Origin: a virus | Lineage: Duplodnaviria; Caudoviricetes | Length of the DNA stretch: 62,756 bases | Reading direction: 5' to 3' (one strand) | IMG/VR virus record: IMGVR_UViG_3300036793_000052 | Coordinates: 1 to 62,756 of that record | Shown: in pieces, positions 35,047 through 46,100 of the stretch | Layout of the letters: every line of letters begins with the position of its first letter | How positions within the stretch are numbered: position 1 is the stretch's first letter | Made by a program: the position numbers and the translations under genes | The notes under the pieces: model-generated | Seen by the model: only the letters and a program-made list of their open reading frames with translations | Database searches by the model: none | Told to the model about the DNA's origin: nothing

Positions 35047-37230
35047 CTAGTTAGCAAGCGTGACTTCGAAATAGGTTTGGCTGCCAGAGGATTCCCCGGT
35101 AAATGATAGTGCCGACATTGCGCCGGTCCCGGCTGGGCCGGGGCTGAGGAAGTATCCTGGTATGAGAATGTCTCCTGCTTGGCAGGCGATGGCTTCGGTG
35201 CCGCCGAAGAATCCGGTGTTGTATTGCCCGCCGAATCCGTTGCTGAAGAAGCCGGGGCTGCCGAAGAAGCGTTCTTCTTGAAGCGTGCCCGCACTGTTGT
35301 ATCGGGAGACGACGGGGCAGATAGATACTGCGCCGCTGCTGCAGGTCGCAGCTGAGATGATCGACCGTATGCCTACGATGTAGCGGTCGGCGTTAGCAAC
35401 CTGAATAGCGTTTAACCCGACGCCTGATACGCCGCTAATCAGTCCGGTGAATTGTGTTACGTCGGGGCTGTTTTCGGAGGCGGCGTCGAAGAATGCGCCG
35501 CTGCCGCCATTAGAGAAGAGAGAGACGCCTCCTGTGGCAGTGTTTTGTGTTATTGATGCGGTGCCGGTGCGGTACGTGCGGATACCGGAACCCGGCACCG
35601 ACGGCGGGGTGTTGTCTGCGCAACCAACATAGGATGCGGGCGCAGGCGTCACCTGCCCGTTGTTGTAAGTGTCGGAACGGAAGCCCCAGTAGCGGTGCGA
35701 TGAATCAATCGGGAATATGGCCTCGCCGTGGCTGCCGTCGTTGATGAAGTCGAAAACTTGTGTGTCCCCCGAATACCCTTGGTATCTGGCTGGATTGTTA
35801 CCGACACCGGCATCCATGGTGAAGTTAAGGTTTAGGACGCTGACAGGGCCGGTCGCCCAAACGTGTTGCACGCCACTGATATAACAGCCGATCTCATATT
35901 GCAGGGCGAGGCCGCTGTTGAGGAACACGACACCGTAAACGTAGTCGCTCGGATTGGTGATCGCGTTAGCGCGCAGGAGCGCAAAGTTTTTGGAGCCAGC
36001 ACCGTTCGGGAATCCGGCGAGGCTTGCATACAATTTTTGGTAGTCGGTGTTTGTGAACGCTTGCCCACCAGCACCGTTGAAGATTGAGATGGCCGACACG
36101 TCACCGTCGTTGACTTCGCTCCACGCCGCATCGCCGTTGCTGATGACGAAATGCCCCGACCCGTGGGAGCTGGCACCGGGAATGTTGCCGTAGGTTGTGT
36201 TGACCGGTACCGCAGACCAAGTTGAGTACTGGTTGAAGTTGATGTTCAACGATTGACCGTTGTTGGTTGCCCCGGTGGACTGTGTTGCGTTCTGCTGCAT
36301 TTGAGCGGCTAAAGCGTTCAAGGTGCTGGCGATCAGATCAATGCCCTGATTGGCTGCGCCGAGCGGGCTAGACCCGACGCTTCCGGCGGCTGCGCTGACC
36401 GCGTTGAAATGTGTTAGCAGGTCAGCGGATTGGCCCGGCCCGGTACCGGCAGTAATGTTCGGTATCAGCGATGAACCGAATAGTCCGGTGTTGACTTTGC
36501 TTGCATCCAACAGTGGGACGGCGGCGGGCTGCACTGTGGTGGCGATGGTGGTGCCGCCGAAAAGCGCGGTCAATAGGCCGTTGTAGTTGCCGGTGGTGAC
36601 CGCGTTGTATGCCGCCGTGTCAACCCCGTTGAGCCACGACACCAAGGCGTTGTAGTCCCCGGCTGTTCCGCCGACAACATCGTTGATGAACGCCTGCCAC
36701 GTCGAAGTTGGCAGCAGCGCACCAAGACTCGTTTCCAGGTTTGTGATCTGCGTTTGCGGGATCATCGGCAACAGTGTTGGGCTCAGTGTGCCGCTACCAA
36801 TTTTGGAGGCGTCTATCAGCGGCACCGCGCCCGGCCATATCGTGTCAAGCGCCGTCGCGGTCTCGTTGTACAAAGAGGTCAACAGGTTCGACCAGTCGCC
36901 GCTAGAGACGGCCTGCTCAAACGTGGCCGCATACTCGGCTAAAAGGTTTGTGGCACTAGAGTTCCCGCCGCCAGCACCGATTAGCTGAGCTAGGATAGAT
37001 GACAGGCTACTGAAGCCGCCGAGCTGTGTTTGAACGTTCGGCAGGAATGTTGACGGGTCGATACCGATAGCTGCGTCGAACGCTTCAACAGTGTATTGCC
37101 AAAAGTTTTGCAAACCCTGCTGGAACGCTGCCGCCGCCTGCTTAGCAATCGAAGACGTATCATAAGTCATCTTCGACGCAAGCGGATTATAGTCCGGCTG
37201 CGGCAAACTGGAATCGTAACCTCTTGGCAT
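35047..37230 (-). CDS. minor tail protein
   Basis: LIDASKI.SG repeats, TNTDYQ, beta-rich C-terminus. Confidence 0.8.
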   Translation of the reverse strand: MPRGYDSSLPQPDYNPLASKMTYDTSSIAKQAAAAFQQGLQNFWQYTVEAFDAAIGIDPSTFLPNVQTQLGGFSSLSSILAQLIGAGGGNSSATNLLAEYAATFEQAVSSGDWSNLLTSLYNETATALDTIWPGAVPLIDASKIGSGTLSPTLLPMIPQTQITNLETSLGALLPTSTWQAFINDVVGGTAGDYNALVSWLNGVDTAAYNAVTTGNYNGLLTALFGGTTIATTVQPAAVPLLDASKVNTGLFGSSLIPNITAGTGPGQSADLLTHFNAVSAAAGSVGSSPLGAANQGIDLIASTLNALAAQMQQNATQSTGATNNGQSLNINFNQYSTWSAVPVNTTYGNIPGASSHGSGHFVISNGDAAWSEVNDGDVSAISIFNGAGGQAFTNTDYQKLYASLAGFPNGAGSKNFALLRANAITNPSDYVYGVVFLNSGLALQYEIGCYISGVQHVWATGPVSVLNLNFTMDAGVGNNPARYQGYSGDTQVFDFINDGSHGEAIFPIDSSHRYWGFRSDTYNNGQVTPAPASYVGCADNTPPSVPGSGIRTYRTGTASITQNTATGGVSLFSNGGSGAFFDAASENSPDVTQFTGLISGVSGVGLNAIQVANADRYIVGIRSIISAATCSSGAVSICPVVSRYNSAGTLQEERFFGSPGFFSNGFGGQYNTGFFGGTEAIACQAGDILIPGYFLSPGPAGTGAMSALSFTGESSGSQTYFEVTLAN

Positions 37231-37233
37231 AAG

Positions 37234-38367
37234 CTAGCTTTGAGTCGGAACCGGCACCACGCCGATAAGCATGCCGCTACCGGCCGGGTTGTAGGTGAAC
37301 GCACCAATCGCCCCATCATTGGCCAGCACAACATAGATGGTGCCCTGCGCAGGGTCAGTATGGTTGGGCGGCACATAAGCCAGCGCGTTGGTTGGTGTGA
37401 CAGCCGCACCAGGACTACCCGACGTAGCGTACTCAGCTTCAATGCTGGTGCGCTGCAACGGTGTCCCGTAGCCGCGCCCAATCTGCGTGCCAGCCGAAGG
37501 GCTGCCCAACAAAACCTGGCAACCCACCTGAATAATGTTGAACAGGTTAGTCGGATCAAGTTCCGCGCCAAGCACATTGATATGCCCGCTGAGCACAACG
37601 GGTTTCCACGCGAACGGTCTCGGCGGAATCGGGAACGCGCAAATCTGCTGACCGGTGACAGCCGCACCGGACGCCTCAGTGAAATACGTTGACGGCACCG
37701 AATAAACTTCCATGCCAAGCAATTCCAGGTCTTCGGGCGTAAACTTTTGCGTGGTCGCATTCCACACCGGCACCTGACCACCAAGCGTGCCACCGCTGTT
37801 GTCATAGTCGGCCGCGTCACGAATAGGTCCGCTCGGCCCGGCCTCGCCCCTGATGGAGTCCTGGTCGAACTGGAACAGCAAACTAACGTTTAACCCGCTG
37901 TTGGATATACTCGGCGTGACCTCAATTGGCTGCGTGAGACTGTCGGACTGGCCGGACGGTACAAGCTCGGCGCTGGCCGCTATGAGCGGTGGTGGACCGA
38001 CAGGACCGGGTGTGCCCATCTGCTTCGAATACCACGTCGAGCCAGACCACATCCACACGACATTGCCTATCCACCAAGCCTTCCCAATGTCGGCGTCAAT
38101 GTTCTCAAGGTTCTGCGGCAACTGAGTCGGGTCGGTGAAGTCGTCCTCATACTGCATTTTGACGATATCGGATGGCTCACCGGGGTCACCCTGGTCGCCC
38201 TTGATGGCGTCGAGAACGATTGCGCCTTCATTGTCGTGCAGCTCAAATGAGCCGATCACACCCGAAGGCACGTTCAAATCGCTTGCATAACCCCAGAAGT
38301 GGAGTGTGGCCATCATCGAACCGAAATAGGTGTTAGCCCCAGCGGGTGCCTGCACGGGTGCGGTCAT
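37234..38367 (-). CDS. minor tail protein
   Basis: Short collagen-like GxxG segments; IPP.PFAWKPVV. Confidence 0.8.
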   Translation of the reverse strand: MTAPVQAPAGANTYFGSMMATLHFWGYASDLNVPSGVIGSFELHDNEGAIVLDAIKGDQGDPGEPSDIVKMQYEDDFTDPTQLPQNLENIDADIGKAWWIGNVVWMWSGSTWYSKQMGTPGPVGPPPLIAASAELVPSGQSDSLTQPIEVTPSISNSGLNVSLLFQFDQDSIRGEAGPSGPIRDAADYDNSGGTLGGQVPVWNATTQKFTPEDLELLGMEVYSVPSTYFTEASGAAVTGQQICAFPIPPRPFAWKPVVLSGHINVLGAELDPTNLFNIIQVGCQVLLGSPSAGTQIGRGYGTPLQRTSIEAEYATSGSPGAAVTPTNALAYVPPNHTDPAQGTIYVVLANDGAIGAFTYNPAGSGMLIGVVPVPTQS

Positions 38368-38894
38368 TTAGTGTACTGCCTTCCGGTCCAATAGTTTCCG
38401 TCGTTGACATCCGGCTCATCTTGAATCTGAATGTTGGTTTGAACATGCCAGCCGGGATTCGGCGGCAAATCAGGTGTTTCGGGTCCACCCAAGGCGCGCA
38501 TCGCAATCGCGCGCTGGCGGGGCTCCAGGGAACGGATTTCCGCCATCGTCATCGAAGCATAATCCAGTTCATCGGGTTCGTTGATGTCAACCCACTCAAC
38601 AGCATCCGGTGCCAAACCTTTAGCGATCAGCCGCCGGGGTTTGATCTCCCGCTTAGATTCATCAATGCGCCAACCGCAGCGCACCAAATGCCACGCGATG
38701 ATCGTGGAGAAGAATGAAATGTCAAGTGTTGAACCATCTTTGGATTCGGGATAGGTCAAGTCCCGCATCAGCTCAAGCATGGTGGTGTTCTTCTCCGATA
38801 CTGCCACCGCCGACGTGATAGCCTCCTGCATAGCTGACGGCCGCTGTGGTGTCCCATCTTCGTCATCTGAAGCAAATGCGTTGTCACTCATCAC
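38364..38894 (-). CDS. minor tail protein (DUF2744-like)
   Basis: AWHL..CGW...IK.R...WVDINEPD. Confidence 0.7.
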   Translation of the reverse strand: MMSDNAFASDDEDGTPQRPSAMQEAITSAVAVSEKNTTMLELMRDLTYPESKDGSTLDISFFSTIIAWHLVRCGWRIDESKREIKPRRLIAKGLAPDAVEWVDINEPDELDYASMTMAEIRSLEPRQRAIAMRALGGPETPDLPPNPGWHVQTNIQIQDEPDVNDGNYWTGRQYTK

Positions 38895-38907
38895 GTTTCC
38901 CTTGAAG

Positions 38908-41655
38908 TTAAAATAATTCCGAGCTTCCCATCCACATGCCGAACATATTCCATATACCAGCGATTGATCGCATGGCCTTACTCACCGGGTCGACGTCACC
39001 CCAATCGGTTCCGATTGAAACTTCCCACCGTAGCGGATTGTCTTTGTCCCAGCTGTACTTATAGCTTGACACCTGGTCGACAAAAATCAAGTTACCCATC
39101 TGGAAGCCGACACGATCCCCCAGGAAATAATCGCGGAAAAGGCAGTACGGGTAGCCCATCGCAACAGTGGTTTTGTAAACGCTGTACGGTCTCGTTTTCC
39201 ATTGTGCTGCACGCAATCCCAGCACACCGCTGACTGTCCACGCCGCCCCAGTGCCGGGTTCCATCTGCTCTAGGAAACCGGCGTCACCAGTCCAGAACGC
39301 GCGGGCCGGATCAGTCCACACCTGGAAGGCCGCGACGGTATCGTCCAGCTCTCCCTGGTACAGCTCGTCTAGTCCTGCACCGATGGGTGGCCCACCGGCG
39401 GAACCGAAAAGCCCTGCGACAATTACGGTTTGGAGCTGAGACAACCCGAACTTGATGCCGAAGGTAATCAAATCGTTGATCCAGCCAGGCGACTTACCGC
39501 CTACGGCAACGGTTTTCGCCATCGTCGTATGCTGAATGCGTTCTGCCTCAATCATTCCCGAATGCTCGGTGTCCATGTAGACAGCCCACGGCGGCTGCGG
39601 CGCGGTCTCAAACCACCGGTCAATCGTCGGGGTGTCAGCGTCGACAAGCTTCTGGCCGTCACTGCTCAGGTAGTAGGTGTCACCTTCGGCGTCGTACTGC
39701 GGCAATAGGACGCTGGTCACCAAATCCGTTGCGGTAGCAGAGATCATCTTGATAGGGCCATCAAGGGCGGTGCCCGTCCAACCGGTGGTGCCCGACTTGT
39801 CTTCGACGGCAAGGATGACTGCGTTTCGTGTCGGCCTTGTCATCTGGTCGGTGACCTCACCGAGCGCTGGGGTGGTGCCGAAGAAGTTACCCAACCCGGC
39901 CAGCTCAGGGTTAGGGCTGGTGAGGTCACCCTTCATGTAAAGGTAAGCGCGCCAAATGCATCCGGCGTCTTCAAGGATCGTTTGGCTTGATGCGTGCAAG
40001 TCCTGCCACCGGGACGTGAACACTTCGAACCGGCTGGTATCGAACACCGGGTTAAGCCATTGGGGCTGCACGGGCCAGGAGAGCGGGTTTATATATCCGA
40101 GGTTGAAATCAACGTTCTGCCCAAGCCACGCAACAGGATTCAGTAAGTTAGCGAACAGCGACAAGCCGGGCTCGTAGGCTCGCGCAAGGTTGGCGATCAG
40201 CGAAAGGGTAAGTGCTGTACGGCAATTCCACGGCAGAATCCACATTTTCGGGATCTGCAGTTCCGGTGGGAACAGCGGATTCGCGCGAGCGGTTATGTGC
40301 TTCAAATGCTCCCGATTTGACACAGCCGTCAATTCCACTGTGTGGACACCACGACTGTCCCGCTTACCGTTGATAGTGGTGATTTTACCGCCCCAACGGT
40401 ACGGCCAATCCAGCATGGTCGGAATCGGATCGAACGCAATATTCAAATCCTGCTCGGCGCGGCGATCGTATTGGATGAAGTCGCTGAGCCAGTTGTCTTT
40501 TCGGATAACCATGTTAGCTGTGCCGGAGTCAAGCATCTGCTCTTCGACGCTCGCTGAAATCTCCTGCGCCAACGTACCTATCACATTGTTGTTGCCGTCC
40601 AAAAGCCTCGCCATCGGCCGCTGATGGTATTCGGCCACGACGGCTTGCCGCCGGGCGTCCAAGTACCGGTACATCGCTAGCGGGTCTTTAGCCGGGTCCG
40701 GTGGCCCGCCAGCACCGATCTGCGCGAAGCTGTTCGCAAAGTCCTGATAGTTGAGGACACCGTTGCTGACTTGCCGATAGTTGGGCTGCATAAGGGAATT
40801 CAGGTAATCCACTGCGAGCTGCACTGCCGTCTCGGTGGTCCCCGGCAGGCCTTGGTATGGTTGGCTTCCATAGTTGCCGTGCCCGGTGGTGTTGTCGTTG
40901 GGCGACAGGAACGGGAAAAACATTTCGGTAAGCTCAGTCCAAATGGCTGGTATCTGGGCGGCGAGATCGGGTTGCAGACTTTGAAGTAGCGCAACAACTT
41001 CCGAGAAGTATGTGAACTCTGTTCCGGTCAAAACTATGTCGGCGACGGCGGTCGAGTCCTGCCCGGCTGTGTCGTCGCCGGTTGTTGTGAACGGGTCCAA
41101 CGGGTTTGAGTCCGCGAAGTCCCACCACGAGGTAGGTGTGCCGGTCATCCGGTATTGTGCGCCGAAGCAACCGTGCCCGCCGGGGTCGGTGCCACCCGGT
41201 ATGGTGTGCCCGGCCTCGCGAACACTTGAGCCAAACGTTACCGCCCCAAGGAAATCGCCTGCCCGGTCAGCTAATTGGCCACCGGGCAGCAGAGCCTTGT
41301 AGACGAGCGAAGCGACGACTGAGCCTAGACTGTACGCTGAGAACGCGAATTTGCCTGGTGTGGCGGCGATTAAATCTATGCAGTGGTTTGCGCCCTCTTG
41401 GCAGCCCGCCAGGATGGTGTAGCCCGGCAGGAAAGCCTCGTTGCCGACGCCGTCCCACGCCATGTGTGCGCCAGGGTAATCAATCGCCTCTACTTGATAT
41501 TTCGCCGGGTCGACCTGTTCGCCGACCTGCATGTCGAACTGTCCGCCGAAGCTACCAATGTAGGGCCGGAATGTCGCCGCCGTGGTCGCGGCGAACGTGT
41601 ACAGTGTGGCCTGCGGGGCCGGGATGATGCTGGAGTTGACGTTACCGGCGGGCAT
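38908..41655 (-). CDS. tail hub minor tail protein with N-terminal LysB-like alpha/beta hydrolase
   Basis: N-terminal ~290 aa: DYPG, AYSLGS, TFGS..R, DPFT, GHGNY; rest: RLLD.N, RWGG, VGGKSP.WIN, DYFLGDRVGF. Confidence 0.85.
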   Translation of the reverse strand: MPAGNVNSSIIPAPQATLYTFAATTAATFRPYIGSFGGQFDMQVGEQVDPAKYQVEAIDYPGAHMAWDGVGNEAFLPGYTILAGCQEGANHCIDLIAATPGKFAFSAYSLGSVVASLVYKALLPGGQLADRAGDFLGAVTFGSSVREAGHTIPGGTDPGGHGCFGAQYRMTGTPTSWWDFADSNPLDPFTTTGDDTAGQDSTAVADIVLTGTEFTYFSEVVALLQSLQPDLAAQIPAIWTELTEMFFPFLSPNDNTTGHGNYGSQPYQGLPGTTETAVQLAVDYLNSLMQPNYRQVSNGVLNYQDFANSFAQIGAGGPPDPAKDPLAMYRYLDARRQAVVAEYHQRPMARLLDGNNNVIGTLAQEISASVEEQMLDSGTANMVIRKDNWLSDFIQYDRRAEQDLNIAFDPIPTMLDWPYRWGGKITTINGKRDSRGVHTVELTAVSNREHLKHITARANPLFPPELQIPKMWILPWNCRTALTLSLIANLARAYEPGLSLFANLLNPVAWLGQNVDFNLGYINPLSWPVQPQWLNPVFDTSRFEVFTSRWQDLHASSQTILEDAGCIWRAYLYMKGDLTSPNPELAGLGNFFGTTPALGEVTDQMTRPTRNAVILAVEDKSGTTGWTGTALDGPIKMISATATDLVTSVLLPQYDAEGDTYYLSSDGQKLVDADTPTIDRWFETAPQPPWAVYMDTEHSGMIEAERIQHTTMAKTVAVGGKSPGWINDLITFGIKFGLSQLQTVIVAGLFGSAGGPPIGAGLDELYQGELDDTVAAFQVWTDPARAFWTGDAGFLEQMEPGTGAAWTVSGVLGLRAAQWKTRPYSVYKTTVAMGYPYCLFRDYFLGDRVGFQMGNLIFVDQVSSYKYSWDKDNPLRWEVSIGTDWGDVDPVSKAMRSIAGIWNMFGMWMGSSELF

Positions 41656-41840
41656 TAGTCGGGCACCGATACAGCGTTGTGGGAGTACGTGTGTGATCCT
41701 CTGCCGGTGGACTTTGCGACCGGTCGGCACCAGCACATCGGCACGGTATGAATACGGCTATCACATACCGGTGTTGTATGAACCTCGCGGGTGAAGCAAC
41801 CATCATCACCATAGTCGAGAATGATGTTCTGCCAGGCCAT
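41655..41840 (-). CDS. small Cys/His protein (61 aa)
   Basis: TAATG overlaps on both sides; H..P..D...H....CWC.P...H. Confidence 0.6.
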   Translation of the reverse strand: MAWQNIILDYGDDGCFTREVHTTPVCDSRIHTVPMCWCRPVAKSTGRGSHTYSHNAVSVPD

Positions 41841-41992
41841 TACGCTTCCCTGTCTATCTTGTCGAGTGCATGTGTAGCCCACATTCGCATGGTCGGAAAC
41901 TGGCGTTGACACAGGCAGCGTACTTGTTCGCCCCAGCCGACCCGACTCGGAAAATGTTGGCACAAAACATATTCGCGCTGCATCACAATCAT
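41840..41992 (-). CDS. small Cys/His protein (50 aa)
   Basis: ATGA overlap; QHFP..CLC..W..H. Confidence 0.55.
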   Translation of the reverse strand: MIVMQREYVLCQHFPSRVGWGEQVRCLCQRQFPTMRMWATHALDKIDREA

Positions 41993-43119
41993 CCATAGCC
42001 CATGTAGAACTGTTGCGGCATCAAAAGCTGTACAGTGCCATCGTTTTGGGAGTGGTACACCTTGTATGTGCAGAGTGTTCGCTTCGGGGCCGGTACAAAG
42101 AAGTGGCCGGAGAACTGTTTCCACAGCGGTTCTTTTTGTGTGGTGAAGTCTCCCATGATGAGATCCAAAAAGCCTGAGTTGTTTAGGATTTGGTAGAACA
42201 GCGGATTAACCGGGTCGGTCATTTCGGTGATGGTCTGCTGCTGTGGGTCGGTATCAACCATATAAGTGCCGCGCGTCGTGTCGGTTAACGGCATGGCTAT
42301 CATATTGCCGGTGCCGGGGCCGTCTTCAATCCAACAGCGCCCCGGCGAGGACACCAGGAACTTCGGCCACTGCGTCATATCGCTGTTGTTCCACGTCGTA
42401 ACATGGCCGCTGCCAACATCTTTACCCGGCACCAAGGTTCCACCGGCACCCTGTAGGACGTCACCGAGAAACTGATTGATGGTGTTCTCAAGCTGGTACA
42501 GAATCTCATCCCACGGCGTGGCCGTCGCTGAAGTGTTGGCCCATCCGGCGGTGTTGGTTACTTTGCCGTAGTACGGCTGCCCGGCGGCAATAACCATGTC
42601 CCAGCGGAAATAGTTGTTTTCGTAAGCTGTCGGGTCCAATTCCATTGGCGTCATTGGTGCTTCAGCCAACCTGACTTTAAGCCACCGCCAGCCGTGCGTT
42701 TTGGTGTAGATACCGAGCCACGAGTCTTGGTCGACAGCCCAAGCGCGCCACCATCTTTGCTCCTGCATCATGTATTGCATCGAGCCGGGCGCACCGAAAG
42801 TGTCTACGCCAACGTCTATTCCGAGGTTGATGGTGCGTTTGTCCCAGTCGGTGCGTTCATAGTATGCGCCGATCTGGTATGGCCCGTCAGTCCATAGCGA
42901 TTTGAACTGTGAAAGCATAAGCCCGACAAGGTGGTTGGACATAGACAAGCCTTGTTTACCTGCGTATGGCCCGGCCAAGTCCCACCATGATCCGTCGACG
43001 CCGATCAGTACGGCCTGAATGCCGGTGAAACCGATGTAGGGGTTGTTCTCAAGGATGGTTGATGATGGTCCACGCACATAGGCTGGGACGCCGACGTTGA
43101 AAGGATATGGCAGTGTCAT
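41989..43119 (-). CDS. minor tail protein (Dit-like)
   Basis: IGVDGSWWDLAG..AG.QG, GWRWLKVRL; follows tape measure. Confidence 0.85.
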   Translation of the reverse strand: MTLPYPFNVGVPAYVRGPSSTILENNPYIGFTGIQAVLIGVDGSWWDLAGPYAGKQGLSMSNHLVGLMLSQFKSLWTDGPYQIGAYYERTDWDKRTINLGIDVGVDTFGAPGSMQYMMQEQRWWRAWAVDQDSWLGIYTKTHGWRWLKVRLAEAPMTPMELDPTAYENNYFRWDMVIAAGQPYYGKVTNTAGWANTSATATPWDEILYQLENTINQFLGDVLQGAGGTLVPGKDVGSGHVTTWNNSDMTQWPKFLVSSPGRCWIEDGPGTGNMIAMPLTDTTRGTYMVDTDPQQQTITEMTDPVNPLFYQILNNSGFLDLIMGDFTTQKEPLWKQFSGHFFVPAPKRTLCTYKVYHSQNDGTVQLLMPQQFYMGYG

Positions 43120-46100
43120 GTTCCGTAAACCCTTGAAGAGTCGATTGTTCCAGTGGAGCGCAGTGTTGCTGTCTTAGCGTGTTGAATCACTGGGGCAATC
43201 GCCTCGTTGCTGTGTCCAAAGCTAGCTCCTTCGAAGTGCTGGCTGGCGTCAATCATCGGGCCACCACCACCCATGCCGCCACCGCCGCCTGCAGCGCTTG
43301 GCATTTCGCCACGGGGCACCAGCTGACCCTGACTGTTCACAGCATAGTTACCGGCACCGGCACCAACCATGTTGCTTCCCCGGCCGGACATCAACGCGCC
43401 AGCCATGTTCGATCCCTTACCGGACATCAGCGCGCCAAGGAAACTGAAAATCACCGAGCCCGCATGCATCGCCGTGGTGCCGAACGGGTTGATGAACCCT
43501 TCGGGCAGGAATGATTGCATGATCCCGTTAGTGCCAATGTCGGCAAGCGATTTCAGCGAATCGTCGCCGCCCTGTGCGCCGAATAGCCCAGCAAGACCAC
43601 CCTTGCCGCCGCGTCCACCACCCCCGGCTTGCGCTTCACCAAGGTCCGACTTCGCTTCCCCGAGTTCACGATTCAGCTTAGCGAGACGATCATTAAGTAC
43701 ATCGGTTTGCTGTTGTGTGCGCGGCTTCTTCCCAGTCGGATGGTCAATCTTGTCTTGAGTTTCTTTGATTTTCGTTGTAAGGTCAGCAATTTTATCGTTC
43801 AGCTCGCGAATTTTGTGACCGCCGCGACCGCCGCCGACGCCCATGCCTTCGCCGCCGTCGCCCGCGCTCAGGCCGTCACCGACACCAGCCATGTAGGTTT
43901 TCGCGTCTCCGAGGTGTTGGGAGATCCAGTCCGGCCCGTAGCCGCCGCCTTCGACGCCGCCTTGTGCTGGTGTCTTCGAGATGCGGTCGCCGATGGACAT
44001 ATCGGAGCTTGTCTTGTCCAGCCGGTCATAGAATCCGGACACCTGGCCTTGCAGCGTGTCTCGGTTTTTGTAGCTGGCGTCCTGCTGGAACAGTCCTTTG
44101 TGGTCGCCGTTCGCTGCAGTGGTTGACAGGCCGGATTCGCCGATGGAGTCCGCGAGCACCCATTGGATTTGTTCGTCGGTGTAGCCGCGCCGTTTGCCTT
44201 CGGCGATGATGGCTGCCGCCGCCTGCTGCTTGGAGTCGCCGCCGGACGGGGCACCGGACGGGGCTGAGATTCCCGGTGAGCTGCCAGCACCCACGCCGCT
44301 ACCTGATCCGCCGCCGATGTCCACGCCACCGCTGGAACCGCCGCTTGTGTCGCCAGCGTTGGCGGGGTCGGATGAGTAGTCGGTGCCGTCGCCGACGATG
44401 CCGCTGCTGTCCGGACCGTCATCGCCACCACCGCCACCGCCGGAGTCGCCGCCACCGGAGCCACTGAATAGCCCGCCGCCACCGCCGCCGGAGCTGGGGG
44501 TTGCCCAGCCGCCGCCAGCGAACCACGAACCGGTTTTACCACCCGAAACGTCAAGGTACATATGGTGATCGAATTCGCTGGCATCGGCCCCGGCGGCTTT
44601 CGACCCGACACGCGCACCCGAAATGCCGTTGCTTGTAGTGGATTCCGCGTTTAACCCGTTAGGTAGGGTCAGGGCTGTGTGGCCTGCGCCGCCGCCGCCG
44701 TGGTCGTACCAGGCGACACGCAGTGAGCCGGAAGGGCCGGTGCCGGTTTTGAATCCACGCTTGCCGAGCCAATCGGCCTCATTGGTGGTGTTCATTCGCG
44801 AGCTGAGCGGCGACATGCCCAGGTAGGCGTTGACGACTGCACTGACAAGTCCTGAGCAGTCGATTCCGCTCGGCCCGAAACCGCCCATCTGGTATTGGGC
44901 GCGGTTACCGCCAGTCCCCCCGGTCAGCTGGGAGAGAATCGCCTCAGCGGAGCTTAGCCCGCCAGCGCCACGAAAACCGCCGTCATCAAATTTCATGCCA
45001 TGCGAGGGAACACCGCTCCACTTTTTGTCGCTATACATTCCTTCATGACCTTCAACACCCAACAGTTTCCCGGTTTGGTGCCAAAGTTTAAGGGAGCGTG
45101 CACGTTTCGCCGGATGCAACGGTATGAACGCTTCACCACCGGTTGATGGTTCGGCCCATTGCACCAAGCCGCCGGGGCGCGCTGAAGCGATGGTGGCCTG
45201 TTGCGGCAGGTTGTAGCCGCCATCGGCGAAGCCGGGAATGTGCGGTAAGTGTATGTGGCTGAGAGCCCCCTTGATTGCATCACCAATGTCTTTGCCCAGG
45301 TTGCCGATACCAGCGATGATCTTCTGCGGTAGGTGTTCGAAGAATTCGATGACCTTGATACCCTCGTTGGCGAGGTCGCGGAGAAAGTGCCCGGCGTCGG
45401 CGAGCGCGGGCTTCACATCTTTTTGGATGAAGTCGCCTACGTCGTGGAATGCGCTGCCAACACTCTTAAGTGGGCCGCTTATGGCGTCGGTGAACGAATG
45501 CCACAGCTCTGTGACGATATGCCACAAGCCTTCAGCCGCATGCCAAAGTCCTTCTAGGACATGCCATACCGCCGTAACGGTAGTAAGTCCTAAATCAAAT
45601 GCGGCTTTAAGGGTGGTGCCGATTAGACCGGCTAGTATGTCAAACCCTAAGGCGTGGAAGATGTTTCCGAAGGCGTGGCCGATGTTCCCGAAGGCGTGCA
45701 TGACGTTTCCGATGGCGTGACCGATGTTACCGAAGGCGTGCACAACGTTTCGGACCGCATGCCCACCGTTTAAGAAGGCGTGGTTGACGTTTAGGGCCGC
45801 GTGTTCAACATTGCTGAAGGCATGCATGATGTTGGACCCGGCGTGTTCAACGTTCAGGAATGCGTGCTGCACGTTTCCGATGGCGTGTCCGAAAGCTTCA
45901 CCGTAGGAACGGATTTGGTCGGAGTGAGTTTTGAGCCAAGTTCCGGCCGTCTTGATGGCGTTGACGAATGATGAGACGGCGGTGCCCATTCCGCTCGCCA
46001 TGTTCTCGTGTGAATCTTTGACCCCGGCGACTGTTCCCTTGGCGAATGATCCGACGCCGGAGACCACGCCGGAGATCAGCCCGCCGATAGGGCCGAAGAC

